Assembly: GCA_963792945.1 (NCBI GenBank)
Contig: CAWBYM010000019.1
Location: 66,158 to 130,157, forward strand
From: an uncultured delta proteobacterium
GTDB taxonomy: Bacteria; Desulfobacterota; Desulfobacteria; Desulfobacterales; SG8-13
Length of the DNA: 64,000 bases
Direction: 5' to 3'
Below the pieces are notes generated by a model, which was not told the DNA's origin, ran no database searches, and saw only the letters and a list, made by a program, of their open reading frames with translations. Positions 28,951-37,957 of this stretch are shown piece by piece. Position numbers and translations under genes: made by a program. Position 1 is the first letter of the stretch; each line of letters begins with the position of its first letter.

Positions 28951-29610
28951 TCACCAGTCTCTGGCATGCCTGACCTTGCCGAACTCAGAACCCATGTAGG
29001 CTCTTGTGAATATGGAAAATATCATGTGGCTCAGGCGGGTGAAGGGGATGGCCACCAGCATGATCTGCCCGGCGATGATGTGCAGCACCATTATCACAGG
29101 GTAGGCGAACCATTGGTGGTAGGCCAGGAAACCGGTGACAAAAGGCGCCGCCACAATGGATAAGATAACGAAATCCGACGCCGAGGTGACGTATCGCACT
29201 TCCGGCAACTTGAGCCGGCGCAACAGGAAGAAGATGCTGCCGGCGATGACGAGTACCGTCATGACATCCGCAAGGGCATCCGGAATGGACCACCAACTGA
29301 TGCCGAAAGACTCCTCCCACAGAACGATGTGGGACAGAAGGAAAATCGGGGTGGCGATCAAACAGATGTGAAAAGTGAACGTGACTATCGTCAGCACGGG
29401 ATGCCGGCGCCAGTTCTCCGTGCCGAAAGGGGTGATCCAGTGCAGGATCGACCGGAAGCTGTAATACCAGCTCATATAGCTGAAGATGAACGGTTCTTTC
29501 AGCTTGACGAGTCGAATCAGTCGGGTCACGCGATAGAGGCAACCGCCGAAGAAAAGAACGAACGCCACCCAGGTCAACGGCCCGCTCACGAAATTATAAA
29601 TTTCATGCAT
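28951..29610 (-). CDS. tmcC: integral-membrane NarI/DsrM/HdrE-like cytochrome b subunit (TmcC-like)
   Basis: 219 aa with about 5-6 TM helices and conserved His in the helices (ILHWITPF, TFHICLIA, VLHIIAGQ). It lies between the Trp-rich and CCG proteins. Confidence 0.75.
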   Translation of the reverse strand: MHEIYNFVSGPLTWVAFVLFFGGCLYRVTRLIRLVKLKEPFIFSYMSWYYSFRSILHWITPFGTENWRRHPVLTIVTFTFHICLIATPIFLLSHIVLWEESFGISWWSIPDALADVMTVLVIAGSIFFLLRRLKLPEVRYVTSASDFVILSIVAAPFVTGFLAYHQWFAYPVIMVLHIIAGQIMLVAIPFTRLSHMIFSIFTRAYMGSEFGKVRHARDW

Positions 29611-29619
29611 GTATCCCCC

Positions 29620-30885
29620 CTATCGCTTGACCAGATCGGTTAAGGGTACGACGCGTCGAAAGAAGGAGCCTTCTTCGAGTGATTTGAATAGGATCTTGCG
29701 GCTGTCGGGGCTGAACACAGGATCCCAGACCGCTTCGCAAGAATGGGACCACAGGATGTCGTTTACAGCAATGGTATACATGCCCTTTTTTTCCACTTTG
29801 GCGGCCACAAATTGATTGTCGGGGCTGATGACCGGCTTCCAGGCCATATCGAAGGTGCTGGACCATGGGACCCCGTCGACGGCGATGGTATATTTTCCGT
29901 TATGTTTGGCAACGACGGCGATCCGGCTTTCGTCGGGACTGAACACCAGGTCCGTGACCAGTTCGTTGAATGTGATCTTCCAGGGGGTGCCATCCACGGC
30001 TACGGTCCACAGGCCGTATTTGGGAGCGACGAGGGCGGCCAGTTTCCCCCCGAGGGGCCCGAATGTCTGGTGCCACAGCTGCACGAACCGCCGTTCCCAC
30101 AGGGCGTCGCCGTTTTCGGCCAGCATCCATTTTCCCTCGATGCGAACCGGTGCTACGACGGAATGCTTCCGAGGATGAAAAATTGGTTCCCAGACGCTGC
30201 TGTATGTTTTATCCCAGGGGTTCCCGTTGACGGCGATCGTGTAGTCGTAGAGGTTGAGTCGGACTTCGGCGGCCAGATTCTGGCCATCGGGGCTGAGGGC
30301 CAGGTGCCATACATTGACGAAATGGCTGTCCCACGCCTTTCCTTGGAGAGCGGCGGTGAATGTTCCTTCCTGGAACTTGTGCACTTGGCCGGAATCGGCT
30401 GTTTTGACTTGAACAGCCCCTGCGGTTCCGGTGCCATCCGGGCTCAGAGCGAAGTATGTGATGTTGTCAAACGTGTTTTCCCACGCGATATCGTTCAGCG
30501 CCATTCCATACTGCATGTCCTTTTGGAACGCTATCGCAATATTCTCTCCGGAGCGGTCGAAGAGGGGATTCCAGACGTAACCGAACGTGTTTTCCCAAGC
30601 CGTTCCGTCGACGGCCACCGTCCACTCGCCTGTATCCGATACGATGGCGGCCAGGCGGCCGGATGGCGAAAATCTAAGGTTCCAGGCCTTGTCGAAAACG
30701 GCGTCCCATGGATCCCCGTTTACACAGACGGTGAACTGGCCTTCGTCGATGTTGGTGATAGCGGCAATTTTCTCCCCGTCGGGGCTGACATAGGGTTCTT
30801 CGACCCACCGGAATTTTTCCGACCAGTCGCCGAACGGAACCTGTTTCTCACCGGAATCCCAATCCCAGTTCTTCGCATCGGCCAT
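29620..30885 (-). CDS. tmcD: tryptophan-rich repeat protein (TmcD-like, probable beta-propeller)
   Basis: About 9 tandem ~45-aa units of the form (N/D)G.(A/P)W(D/E)..F...W.(P/L).FSPDG..(A/I)A..V. ATG 30885 (MADAKNWDWD) is preceded by GAGGTGGAG. Confidence 0.7.
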   Translation of the reverse strand: MADAKNWDWDSGEKQVPFGDWSEKFRWVEEPYVSPDGEKIAAITNIDEGQFTVCVNGDPWDAVFDKAWNLRFSPSGRLAAIVSDTGEWTVAVDGTAWENTFGYVWNPLFDRSGENIAIAFQKDMQYGMALNDIAWENTFDNITYFALSPDGTGTAGAVQVKTADSGQVHKFQEGTFTAALQGKAWDSHFVNVWHLALSPDGQNLAAEVRLNLYDYTIAVNGNPWDKTYSSVWEPIFHPRKHSVVAPVRIEGKWMLAENGDALWERRFVQLWHQTFGPLGGKLAALVAPKYGLWTVAVDGTPWKITFNELVTDLVFSPDESRIAVVAKHNGKYTIAVDGVPWSSTFDMAWKPVISPDNQFVAAKVEKKGMYTIAVNDILWSHSCEAVWDPVFSPDSRKILFKSLEEGSFFRRVVPLTDLVKR

Positions 30886-31112
30886 TTCTCCACCTCTCTT
30901 TCGACCTATTGAGCCGTGGCACAAGGCACAGACACTCGCTGAGTTCTATTCTATAGCGGATCGGGTACAAAAATGCAACACATGCCGGCAAGGTTATTGG
31001 ATATGTCTCATAAAATCCCGACATCGTTTGGAAATATGTAACAGATTGTAATCAAACGATAAAAACTGTTGCCGCTGGCCCCAACAAAGCCGAAATCAGA
31101 GGCTGATTTCTG

Positions 31113-31141
31113 TTGACAAGGATAGGCCAAGCCGTTATGTA
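31113..31141 (+). promoter_or_regulatory. candidate sigma70-type promoter for the hdrA operon, abutted by an 8-bp inverted repeat
   Basis: TTGACA (31113-31118), 17-nt spacer, TATGTA (31136-31141). GAAATCAG-agg-CTGATTTC at 31092-31110 lies immediately upstream. The -10 element is weak. Confidence 0.3.
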
Positions 31142-31272
31142 TCCAATTTCCTTTTCTGACTGCCGCTGTTGCCACGCTGGGGTCAGGACATAATCATTCC
31201 GGTCGGAAGGTTGTTTTCGAACCGTTACATACAACCCTCGGACTGGTTATCCAGCACGCAGGAGAACGAAGA

Positions 31273-34200
31273 ATGTCACAAGATGTCATCGGATCCGTAA
31301 TGGTCGTCGGCGGAGGTATTGCCGGAATGCAAGCCGCACTGGATCTGGCCGATTCAGGTTACTACGTGTTCCTCGTCGAGAGGGGGCCCTCTATCGGCGG
31401 GGTCATGGCGCAACTCGACAAGACGTTTCCCACCAACGACTGCGCGATGTGAATTATCTCGCCGAAACTGGTCGAGGTCGGCCGGCACCTGAACATAGAG
31501 TTGAGAACCCTCAGCGAAGTCAAGGACATCAAAGGGGAAGTCGGGAATTTCGAAGTCCAGATCACCCAGCACCCTCGATACATCAATGAAAACCTCTGTA
31601 TTGGCTGTGGTGCCTGCGCGGAGAAATGCCCTAAGAAAATTGTCGACACCTATAACGCCGGGTTGTCCAAGCGGCGCTCGGCCTACGTCGAATACGCCCA
31701 GGCGGTGCCGCTGAAATACTGCATCGATGGTGACAGCTGCATCTACCTGCAGAAGGGGAAGTGCGGCGCCTGCAAAAAAATCTGCCCGGTCGATGCGGTC
31801 GACTTCGATCAGAAGCCGCAGACCTCCACCGTCCAGGTCGGTTCGGTGGTGCTGGCTCCGGGATACCAGGCCTTCGATCCTTCTCGGTTCGATAACTACA
31901 ATTACACCAAGCTGCCCAATGTCATCACCTCGGTGGAGTTCGAACGCATGCTGTCGGCCTCCGGTCCGACCCAGGGGCATGTCACCCGCCAGTCCAAAGA
32001 CCGTCGCGAACCGAAAAAGATCGCCTGGTTCCAGTGTGTCGGCTCCCGCGACGTGAATCGCTGCGACAACGCTCACTGCTCATCGGTCTGCTGCATGTAC
32101 GCTATCAAGGAAGCGGTCATCGCCAAGGAACATATCGGTGATCAGTTGGACTGCGCCATTTTTTACATGGATATGCGTACCCACGGCAAGGAGTTCGAAC
32201 GATTCTACAACAGCGCCCGGGACAAAAACGGAGTCCGCTTCATCCGCAGCCGGGTGCATTCCATCGACCCGGTGGGCGACACCGATGATCTGGAAGTCCG
32301 TTATATAAATGAAGCCGGAGAAATAGCATCCGAAGTCTTCGATCTCATCGTTTTGTCGGTGGGGATGGAAACCTCTCCCCAGGTGATCGACCTTGCCAAA
32401 CGCCTCGGAATCGAATTGACGGCCGGAAACTTCTGCAACACGGCTTCTTTCGCGCCGGTGACGACATCCCGCAGCGGCATATTCGCCTGCGGAGCCTTTC
32501 AGAGCCCCAAGGACATCCCCCAAGCCGTGGTCGATGCCAGCGCGGCGGCGGCAGCGGCGGGTGAAGCCTTGGCCGCTGCTCGAAACACGCTCACTAAAAC
32601 CGCCGAAGTCGTTCCCGAAACCAACGTCGGCGGCGAGCGTCCCCGGATCGGGGTCTTCGTCTGTCGCTGCGGCATCAATATCGCCGGGGTCGTAGACGTG
32701 CCGTCCGTGGCCGAGTATGCTGCCACGCTGCCTTTTGTGGAGTTTGCCACCGACAACCTGTATTCCTGCAGCCAAGACACCCAGGAGACGATTTCAAAGA
32801 TTATCAAGGAGAAAAACCTGAACCGCGTGGTCGTGGCGGCCTGCACTCCCAAAACTCACGAACCATTGTTTCAGGAAACCCTCATTAATGCAGGGCTGAA
32901 CAAATACCTGTTTGAAATGGCCAATATCCGCAACCAGGACTCCTGGGTCCACAAGAACACGCCGGATCTGGCCACACGTAAGGCCAAGGATCTCGTTCGC
33001 ATGGCGGTCTCGAAAGTCGCCCTGACCGAGCCCCTCAAGGAGGCCGAACTGCAGGTCAACCAGACCGCCGTGGTCATCGGCGGCGGTATATCCGGCATGG
33101 CCGCCGCCCGCAGCCTGTCCCGCCAAGGATATGACACCTGCATCGTCGAGCGCGGCGATCGATTGGGCGGCCAGGCCCTCAACCTTTTCCGCACCGCCAA
33201 AGGCGAGGATGTCCAGGAGAAACTGGGCGCCCTGATCGCAGACGTAGAAGACGACGAAAAAATCAAGGTCCACCTGAACGCTGCCGTCAAAAAGGTGGAG
33301 GGGTTTGTGGGCAGTTTCAAGACCACCCTGGCCATCAATGGCCATGAAGAAGAGCTCGAACACGGGGTGGTGATCATGGCTACCGGTGGATCGGCTTTCG
33401 AACCCGATGAATACCATTACGGGGACGACCCCCGGATCGTCACCAGCCTTGAGCTCGACCGCAAGCTGATTGACGCCGATCCGTCCTTAAGGGATATCGG
33501 CACCGCCGTATTCATCCAATGCGTGGGATCCCGTGAACCCCATCGGCCTTACTGCTCGCGGGTGTGCTGCACCCATTCGGTGGACAATGCCCTGGCGCTC
33601 AAGCGCTTGAATCCGAACATGGACGTATTTGTCCTTTATCGTGACGTGCGCACCTATGGCGAACGCGAACGGCTCTACAAGGAAGCCCGGGAGGCCGGTG
33701 TCATTTTCATCCGTTTCAGCCTCGAAGGCAAACCCGAGGTCGACCTCAGAGACGGTAAACTTCAGGTGCGGGTGACCGACCATATTCTGGGACGGCCCAT
33801 CGAACTGGAAACCGACCTGCTGACTCTGGCGACTGCGGTTCTGCCCAACAAGGACGAGCAACTGGCCGCTTTTTTCAAAGTTCCCCTGAACGCCGACGGG
33901 TTTTTCGTGGAGCGCCATGCCAAACTGGGGCCCTCGGAATTTGCCACCGACGGGGTCTTTCTGTGCGGATTGGCTCACTATCCCAAGCCGATCGATGAGG
34001 CCGTCGCCCAAGCTCAAGCCGCTGCATCCCGTGCGGTGACGCTGCTGGCGCGCAAATCGATTTTCACCAGCGGGGCTGTGGCCAAGACCGATCCATTTCT
34101 GTGCAGCCGCTGTGGGGTGTGCGTTTCCATTTGTCCATACTCGGCACCGTCTTTCACCGAATCCGGTCCACAGGCCGGAAAAGCGGAAATCAATCCGGTG

Positions 34201-34320
34201 CTCTGCAAGGGATGCGGCCTTTGTGTCGCCTCCTGCCGCTCCGGCGCCATTCATTTGAAGGGTTTTGACAACAACCAGATTTTTGCCCAGATCTTTTCCT
34301 TCGGCGAAGACTTGGGGTAA
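31273..34320 (+). CDS. hdrA: HdrA-like FAD/Fe-S flavoprotein, large (1015 codons), selenocysteine-containing (UGA at 31450-31452)
   Basis: ATG 31273 (GGAG upstream) opens [82 protein letters not shown], in frame with the 31501 track ORF (228 nt = 76 codons). The TGA sits at the Cys of the HdrA NDC(S/A)MCIL(A/S)PK motif. A second Rossmann motif ([16 protein letters not shown]) and several CxxCxxCxxxCP ferredoxin motifs follow. Confidence 0.85.
31456..31478 (+). promoter_or_regulatory. candidate bacterial SECIS stem-loop for the hdrA UGA
   Basis: AUCUCGCC-GAAACU-GG(U)CGAGGU is an 8-bp stem with one G-U pair and one bulged U. It starts 4 nt after the UGA. Folded by eye only. Confidence 0.4.
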
Positions 34321-34343
34321 CAGAAAAATAAAAGGAGTGATCC

Positions 34344-34775
34344 ATGTCGGAATGGGAGCCGAAAATAGCCGCCTTCCTGTGCAACTGGTGCAGTTACGGT
34401 GCGGCGGATCTGGCCGGTGTCGGCCGGATGGAATATCCGCCTAACATCCGCGTCATCCGCATTCCCTGCACCGGGCGGATGAGCCCCAAGTTTTTTCTGG
34501 CCGCCTTACGCGAAGGTGCCGACGGTGTCTGGGTGTCCGGGTGACATCCCGGCGAATGCCATTACCTGGAAGGTAATTACTACGCCCGCAGAAAGTTCGC
34601 TTTGTTCCAGAACCTGATGGAACATATGGGGATCGAACCCGGCAGACTGCAATTTTCGTGGGTTTCGTCCGCCGAGTCCACCAAGTTTGTCGAGGTCGTC
34701 AATGACGTCACGGCAGCGGTCAAATCGTTGGGGCCGAATCGAACCTTCGTAAAAACCGAGAGCAAGGTGGCTTAG
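34344..34775 (+). CDS. mvhD: MvhD-like (methyl-viologen-reducing hydrogenase delta subunit family) protein, selenocysteine-containing (UGA at 34542-34544)
   Basis: The track ORF stops at TGA 34542, but the frame continues open to TAG 34773-34775 (143 codons). The sequence reads ...[75 protein letters not shown]...[17 protein letters not shown] replaces the first Cys of the conserved GCHxGDCHY motif. Confidence 0.85.
34551..34586 (+). promoter_or_regulatory. candidate SECIS stem-loop for the mvhD UGA
   Basis: GGCG...AUUACC-UGGAA-GGUAAU...CGCC is a perfect 6-bp apical stem (34561-34577) closed by an outer 4-bp helix, 7 nt after the UGA. Folded by eye only. Confidence 0.35.
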
Positions 34776-34776
34776 C

Positions 34777-35721
34777 ATGTCATACATCGCCAAGATAAAA
34801 GAAGTTTCCGCAAAAATCCTGAAAAACTGTACGGTGGAGATGGTCATCGGCTTTCGGAAGGGGACCGTGCCGATGATGAACGAGCCATGCTTTGCCAGGG
34901 CGCCGGAAGATGTCGACAAGTTCGTTTGGGACGGCAGTTGCGGTATCAATCTGGTCAATTATTTGAGCGACCGCACAGAAAAGATCGGCATCGTTGCCAA
35001 AGGTTGCGATTCCCGCAACATCGTCACCCACATTCTCGAAAACAAGATCAAGCGCGAGCAGCTGTACATCATCGGAGTTCCCTGCTTGGGGATGATCGAC
35101 AGACGCCGCATTTCCGCCAGTTTTGGATCGGAAATCGCCGAAGTTCGGGAAGATGGAGACCAGGTCACCGTCAAAGGTGCCGGCAAAGAGAAAACATTCA
35201 TCCGGACCGACGTTATGCAGGAAAACTGCACGATTTGCATTCATCGCAATCCAGTCATCTTCGATGAGATGATCAGCGATCCTGTGGAGGAACAAAAGGA
35301 TGTTGACCGTTACGCGGATGTGCGTCGCATCGAAGCCCTGGCGCCTGAAGGGAAGTGGGACCTGTTTGAGGGAATGCTGGCTTCCTGCATCCGGTGCTAC
35401 GCCTGCCGCAATGCCTGCCCGCTGTGCTACTGCCCGACCTGCTTCGTTGACGAGCATCGTCCCCAGTGGGTCGGCAAAAGCCAGGATCCGGTCGATATCC
35501 GAACCTTTCATTTCCTGCGGGCTTATCATTGCGCCGGCCGCTGTACCGACTGCGGGGCCTGCGAAAGGGCCTGCCCGGTAGGCATTCCGATGCGGCAGTT
35601 CACTAAAAAGCTCGAGAAGGACTGCCTCGAGCTGTTTGAATGGGAAGCCGGTATGTCCTTGGACAATCGTCCGGTGCTCGATTTTTACCGGCCCAACGAC
35701 CCGGACGAATTTATTAAATAA
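34777..35721 (+). CDS. Fe-S cluster protein (two 4Fe-4S ferredoxin-type motifs; FrhB/hydrogenase Fe-S subunit-like N-terminal part)
   Basis: CIRCYACRNACPLCYCPTC and CTDCGACERACPVG. The ATG is 1 nt after the mvhD stop. Confidence 0.8.
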   Translation: MSYIAKIKEVSAKILKNCTVEMVIGFRKGTVPMMNEPCFARAPEDVDKFVWDGSCGINLVNYLSDRTEKIGIVAKGCDSRNIVTHILENKIKREQLYIIGVPCLGMIDRRRISASFGSEIAEVREDGDQVTVKGAGKEKTFIRTDVMQENCTICIHRNPVIFDEMISDPVEEQKDVDRYADVRRIEALAPEGKWDLFEGMLASCIRCYACRNACPLCYCPTCFVDEHRPQWVGKSQDPVDIRTFHFLRAYHCAGRCTDCGACERACPVGIPMRQFTKKLEKDCLELFEWEAGMSLDNRPVLDFYRPNDPDEFIK

Positions 35722-35769
35722 GCACGCTGTTTGGTTCTTGACGGCGGGCTAAGTATCGGCGAATTTTTT

Positions 35770-35801
35770 CACCAAACACCAAACACCAAAACACCAAACA
35801 C
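35770..35801 (+). repeat. CA-rich heptamer tandem repeat (CACCAAA x4) in an intra-operon spacer
   Basis: caccaaa caccaaa caccaaaa caccaaa cac, read directly, about 30 nt upstream of the ATG at 35831. Confidence 0.8.
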
Positions 35802-35830
35802 TACACAATCAGCATCCAAGGTATCCACCC

Positions 35831-36892
35831 ATGAAGCTTGTAAAGATCGACAAGAAATCGTTGAGCGCCGATCTCGACCGTCTCCGTGAAACCTATCGCC
35901 TGTTCGGGCCGGTCAAAGGTCCGCAGTATCACGATTTCCAGCCGCTGGAGCCAGGCCAGGCCCCTGATTTCGACTGCCTGAACACGCGCATGTCTCCCAA
36001 AGCAATGATTTACCCTCAGTCGGAGACGATGTTCGAATACAGTCTCGAAGAGAATCGAGAAGACCACCATCGGTTGAGAGAGGTGCCCGCGGATGAGACG
36101 CCACGAGCGGTTTTTGGCATCCGGCCTTGTGACATCAAAGCGTTCTTGTTGGTCGGCAAGAATTTCGACACGCCCGAATACAAAGATCCGTATTGGATCA
36201 AGGCGTTTGAGGCCACGACGTTCATCGGCTATGCCTGCAATGATCCCTGCAGCACCTGCTTCTGCACCACTGCCGGCTGCGGTCCGTTTCACGAGGAAGG
36301 CCTGGATATTCTTTTGGTGGACACCGGCGAGGCCTGGCTGGCGAAGATCCTCACCGACAAGGGTGAAAAACTGGCCCAAGCGGCCGGGTGGAACACCCCG
36401 GCACCAGATGCCGCAGCCCCGCTTGCCGCGCTGAGAAAGGCCGCCGAAGACAAGATTGTCTCCCATGTGACCACGGACCGGCTCAAAGACCAGGATACCA
36501 TTTCGCTTTATGACGCATCATTCTGGGAAGACGTATCGTTTTCATGCATCAACTGCGGGACCTGCACTTTCGTATGCCCCACTTGCTGGTGCTTTGACAT
36601 CCAGGATGAAAGCCGCGGTAAAAGCGGCCGGCGCATGCGTAACTGGGACAGCTGCATGTTTCCGCTGTTTACCCTGCATGGGTCCGGCCACAATCCCCGG
36701 GGAACGAAGCTCCACCGGGTTCGGCAGCGGTTCATGCACAAGCTCAAATATTACGTCGATAAATACGATGAAGGCATTCAGTGCGTAGGGTGCGGCCGCT
36801 GTGTGCGTTTATGCCCGGTAAACATAGATATTCGCCGGGTGTGTGAACTGATGAACAGCCATGGTGAGGCGGCTGTTTGTGAGGTCAAGTGA
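35831..36892 (+). CDS. Fe-S subunit related to sulfhydrogenase beta (HydB) / anaerobic sulfite reductase subunit A (AsrA)
   Basis: 353 aa. VFGIRPCDIKAF, CINCGTCTFVCPTCWCFD, and CVGCGRCVRLCPVNIDI. Confidence 0.8.
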   Translation: MKLVKIDKKSLSADLDRLRETYRLFGPVKGPQYHDFQPLEPGQAPDFDCLNTRMSPKAMIYPQSETMFEYSLEENREDHHRLREVPADETPRAVFGIRPCDIKAFLLVGKNFDTPEYKDPYWIKAFEATTFIGYACNDPCSTCFCTTAGCGPFHEEGLDILLVDTGEAWLAKILTDKGEKLAQAAGWNTPAPDAAAPLAALRKAAEDKIVSHVTTDRLKDQDTISLYDASFWEDVSFSCINCGTCTFVCPTCWCFDIQDESRGKSGRRMRNWDSCMFPLFTLHGSGHNPRGTKLHRVRQRFMHKLKYYVDKYDEGIQCVGCGRCVRLCPVNIDIRRVCELMNSHGEAAVCEVK

Positions 36893-36911
36893 CGATAGAG
36901 GAGGAATTTTC

Positions 36912-37757
36912 GTGCTGAATCCATATTTGCCATATCCGGTCCGTATCGATCAGATAACCACCGAAACAGAAGACCGGAATCTGAAGACTTTCAAACTTGT
37001 TTTCCTGAACCCGGATGATGAGGAAAAATTTGCCTACAAAGCCGGTCAATTTGCCGAACTGTCCCTCGCCGGCAAAGGGGAAATCCCGATCGGCATCGCC
37101 TCATCACCATCGGAGAAGGGGTTTCTCCTGTTCACGGTCAACAAGGTCGGCTTGGTCTCTTCCGCGCTGCACAACATGAATGTCGGTGATGTCATGGGGG
37201 TGCGGGGGCCGCTGGGGAACTGGTATCCGTGGGAGGTCATGGAAGGCCAGAACATTCTTATTATCGGCGGCGGTTTTGCCTTTACGACCCTGCGTTCCTC
37301 GATCGTCTATATGTTGGACCCTATCAACCGTCCGAAATTCAGAGACATACATGTCGTATACGGTGCTCGGTCACCAGGCATGCTGCTCTACCGGGATGAA
37401 CTGGCGGCGTGGGAGAAACGCACCGACATCCACATGCACATCACCGTGGATGCGACTGACGATCCGGCTTGGAAATACAATACCGGATTCGTTCCAATGA
37501 TTACTGAAAAGAAAGCGCCGCAGGCCGACGGCGGCACCTTCGCGATCGTGTGTGGTCCGCCGATTATGATAAAATTTACCCAGCCGGTCCTGGAAAATCT
37601 CGGTTATGCGGAAGACCACATCATCATGTCGTTGGAGAACCGTATGAAGTGCGGTATCGGCATCTGCGGTCGCTGCAATATCGGCAAAGAGTTCGTGTGC
37701 AAAGACGGACCGGTATTCACGCTGGAACAACTCAACCATATGCCCAAAGAATATTGA
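36912..37757 (+). CDS. FAD/NAD(P)H-binding oxidoreductase with C-terminal 2Fe-2S site (HydG / AsrB / NfnA-like)
   Basis: GTG 36912 is preceded by AGAGGAGGA. Ferredoxin-NADP reductase-like fold (GQFAELSLAGKGEIPIGIASSP; ILIIGGGFAFTTL) and MKCGIGICGRCNIG. Confidence 0.8.
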   Translation: MLNPYLPYPVRIDQITTETEDRNLKTFKLVFLNPDDEEKFAYKAGQFAELSLAGKGEIPIGIASSPSEKGFLLFTVNKVGLVSSALHNMNVGDVMGVRGPLGNWYPWEVMEGQNILIIGGGFAFTTLRSSIVYMLDPINRPKFRDIHVVYGARSPGMLLYRDELAAWEKRTDIHMHITVDATDDPAWKYNTGFVPMITEKKAPQADGGTFAIVCGPPIMIKFTQPVLENLGYAEDHIIMSLENRMKCGIGICGRCNIGKEFVCKDGPVFTLEQLNHMPKEY

Positions 37758-37794
37758 TCCTCCGCCCTTTTCAGGTTCCGTCCCGACGCGGAAA

Positions 37795-37821
37795 GCTGGC
37801 TGGAAAAATTTTCCAGCCAGC
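37795..37821 (+). terminator. perfect 13-bp inverted repeat after the hdr-type operon (no U-tract)
   Basis: GCTGGCTGGAAAA-a-TTTTCCAGCCAGC, 38 nt after the stop at 37757. It could be a terminator/processing hairpin or an operator. Confidence 0.35.
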
Positions 37822-37853
37822 CGCCATGGCGGGAGAAAACTTGCCTTTTAAGG

Positions 37854-37883
37854 TTGACATCGGAGGGCCAATACGTTAATAAT
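37854..37883 (+). promoter_or_regulatory. candidate sigma70 promoter for dsrC
   Basis: TTGACA (37854-37859), 17/18-nt spacer, TAATAAT (37877-37883). AAGGAGG lies 7 nt upstream of the ATG at 37958. Confidence 0.4.
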
Positions 37884-37957
37884 CCAACTTTGAATATTTT
37901 ACCAGGCGGACTGGCAATAAGCCATTGGAATAATTAAATTTTAAAGGAGGTTATTGT

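Noticed and set aside
30925-30950. TGGCAC element (gtggcacaaggcaca) as a sigma54 -24 box in the tmc/hdr divergent region
   Set aside because: No TTGC -12 element is present at the required spacing on either strand.
35770-35801. CACCAAA array as a CRISPR or minisatellite
   Set aside because: It consists of 7-nt units with no spacers, only 32 nt in total. It is reported as a short tandem repeat, not a CRISPR array.
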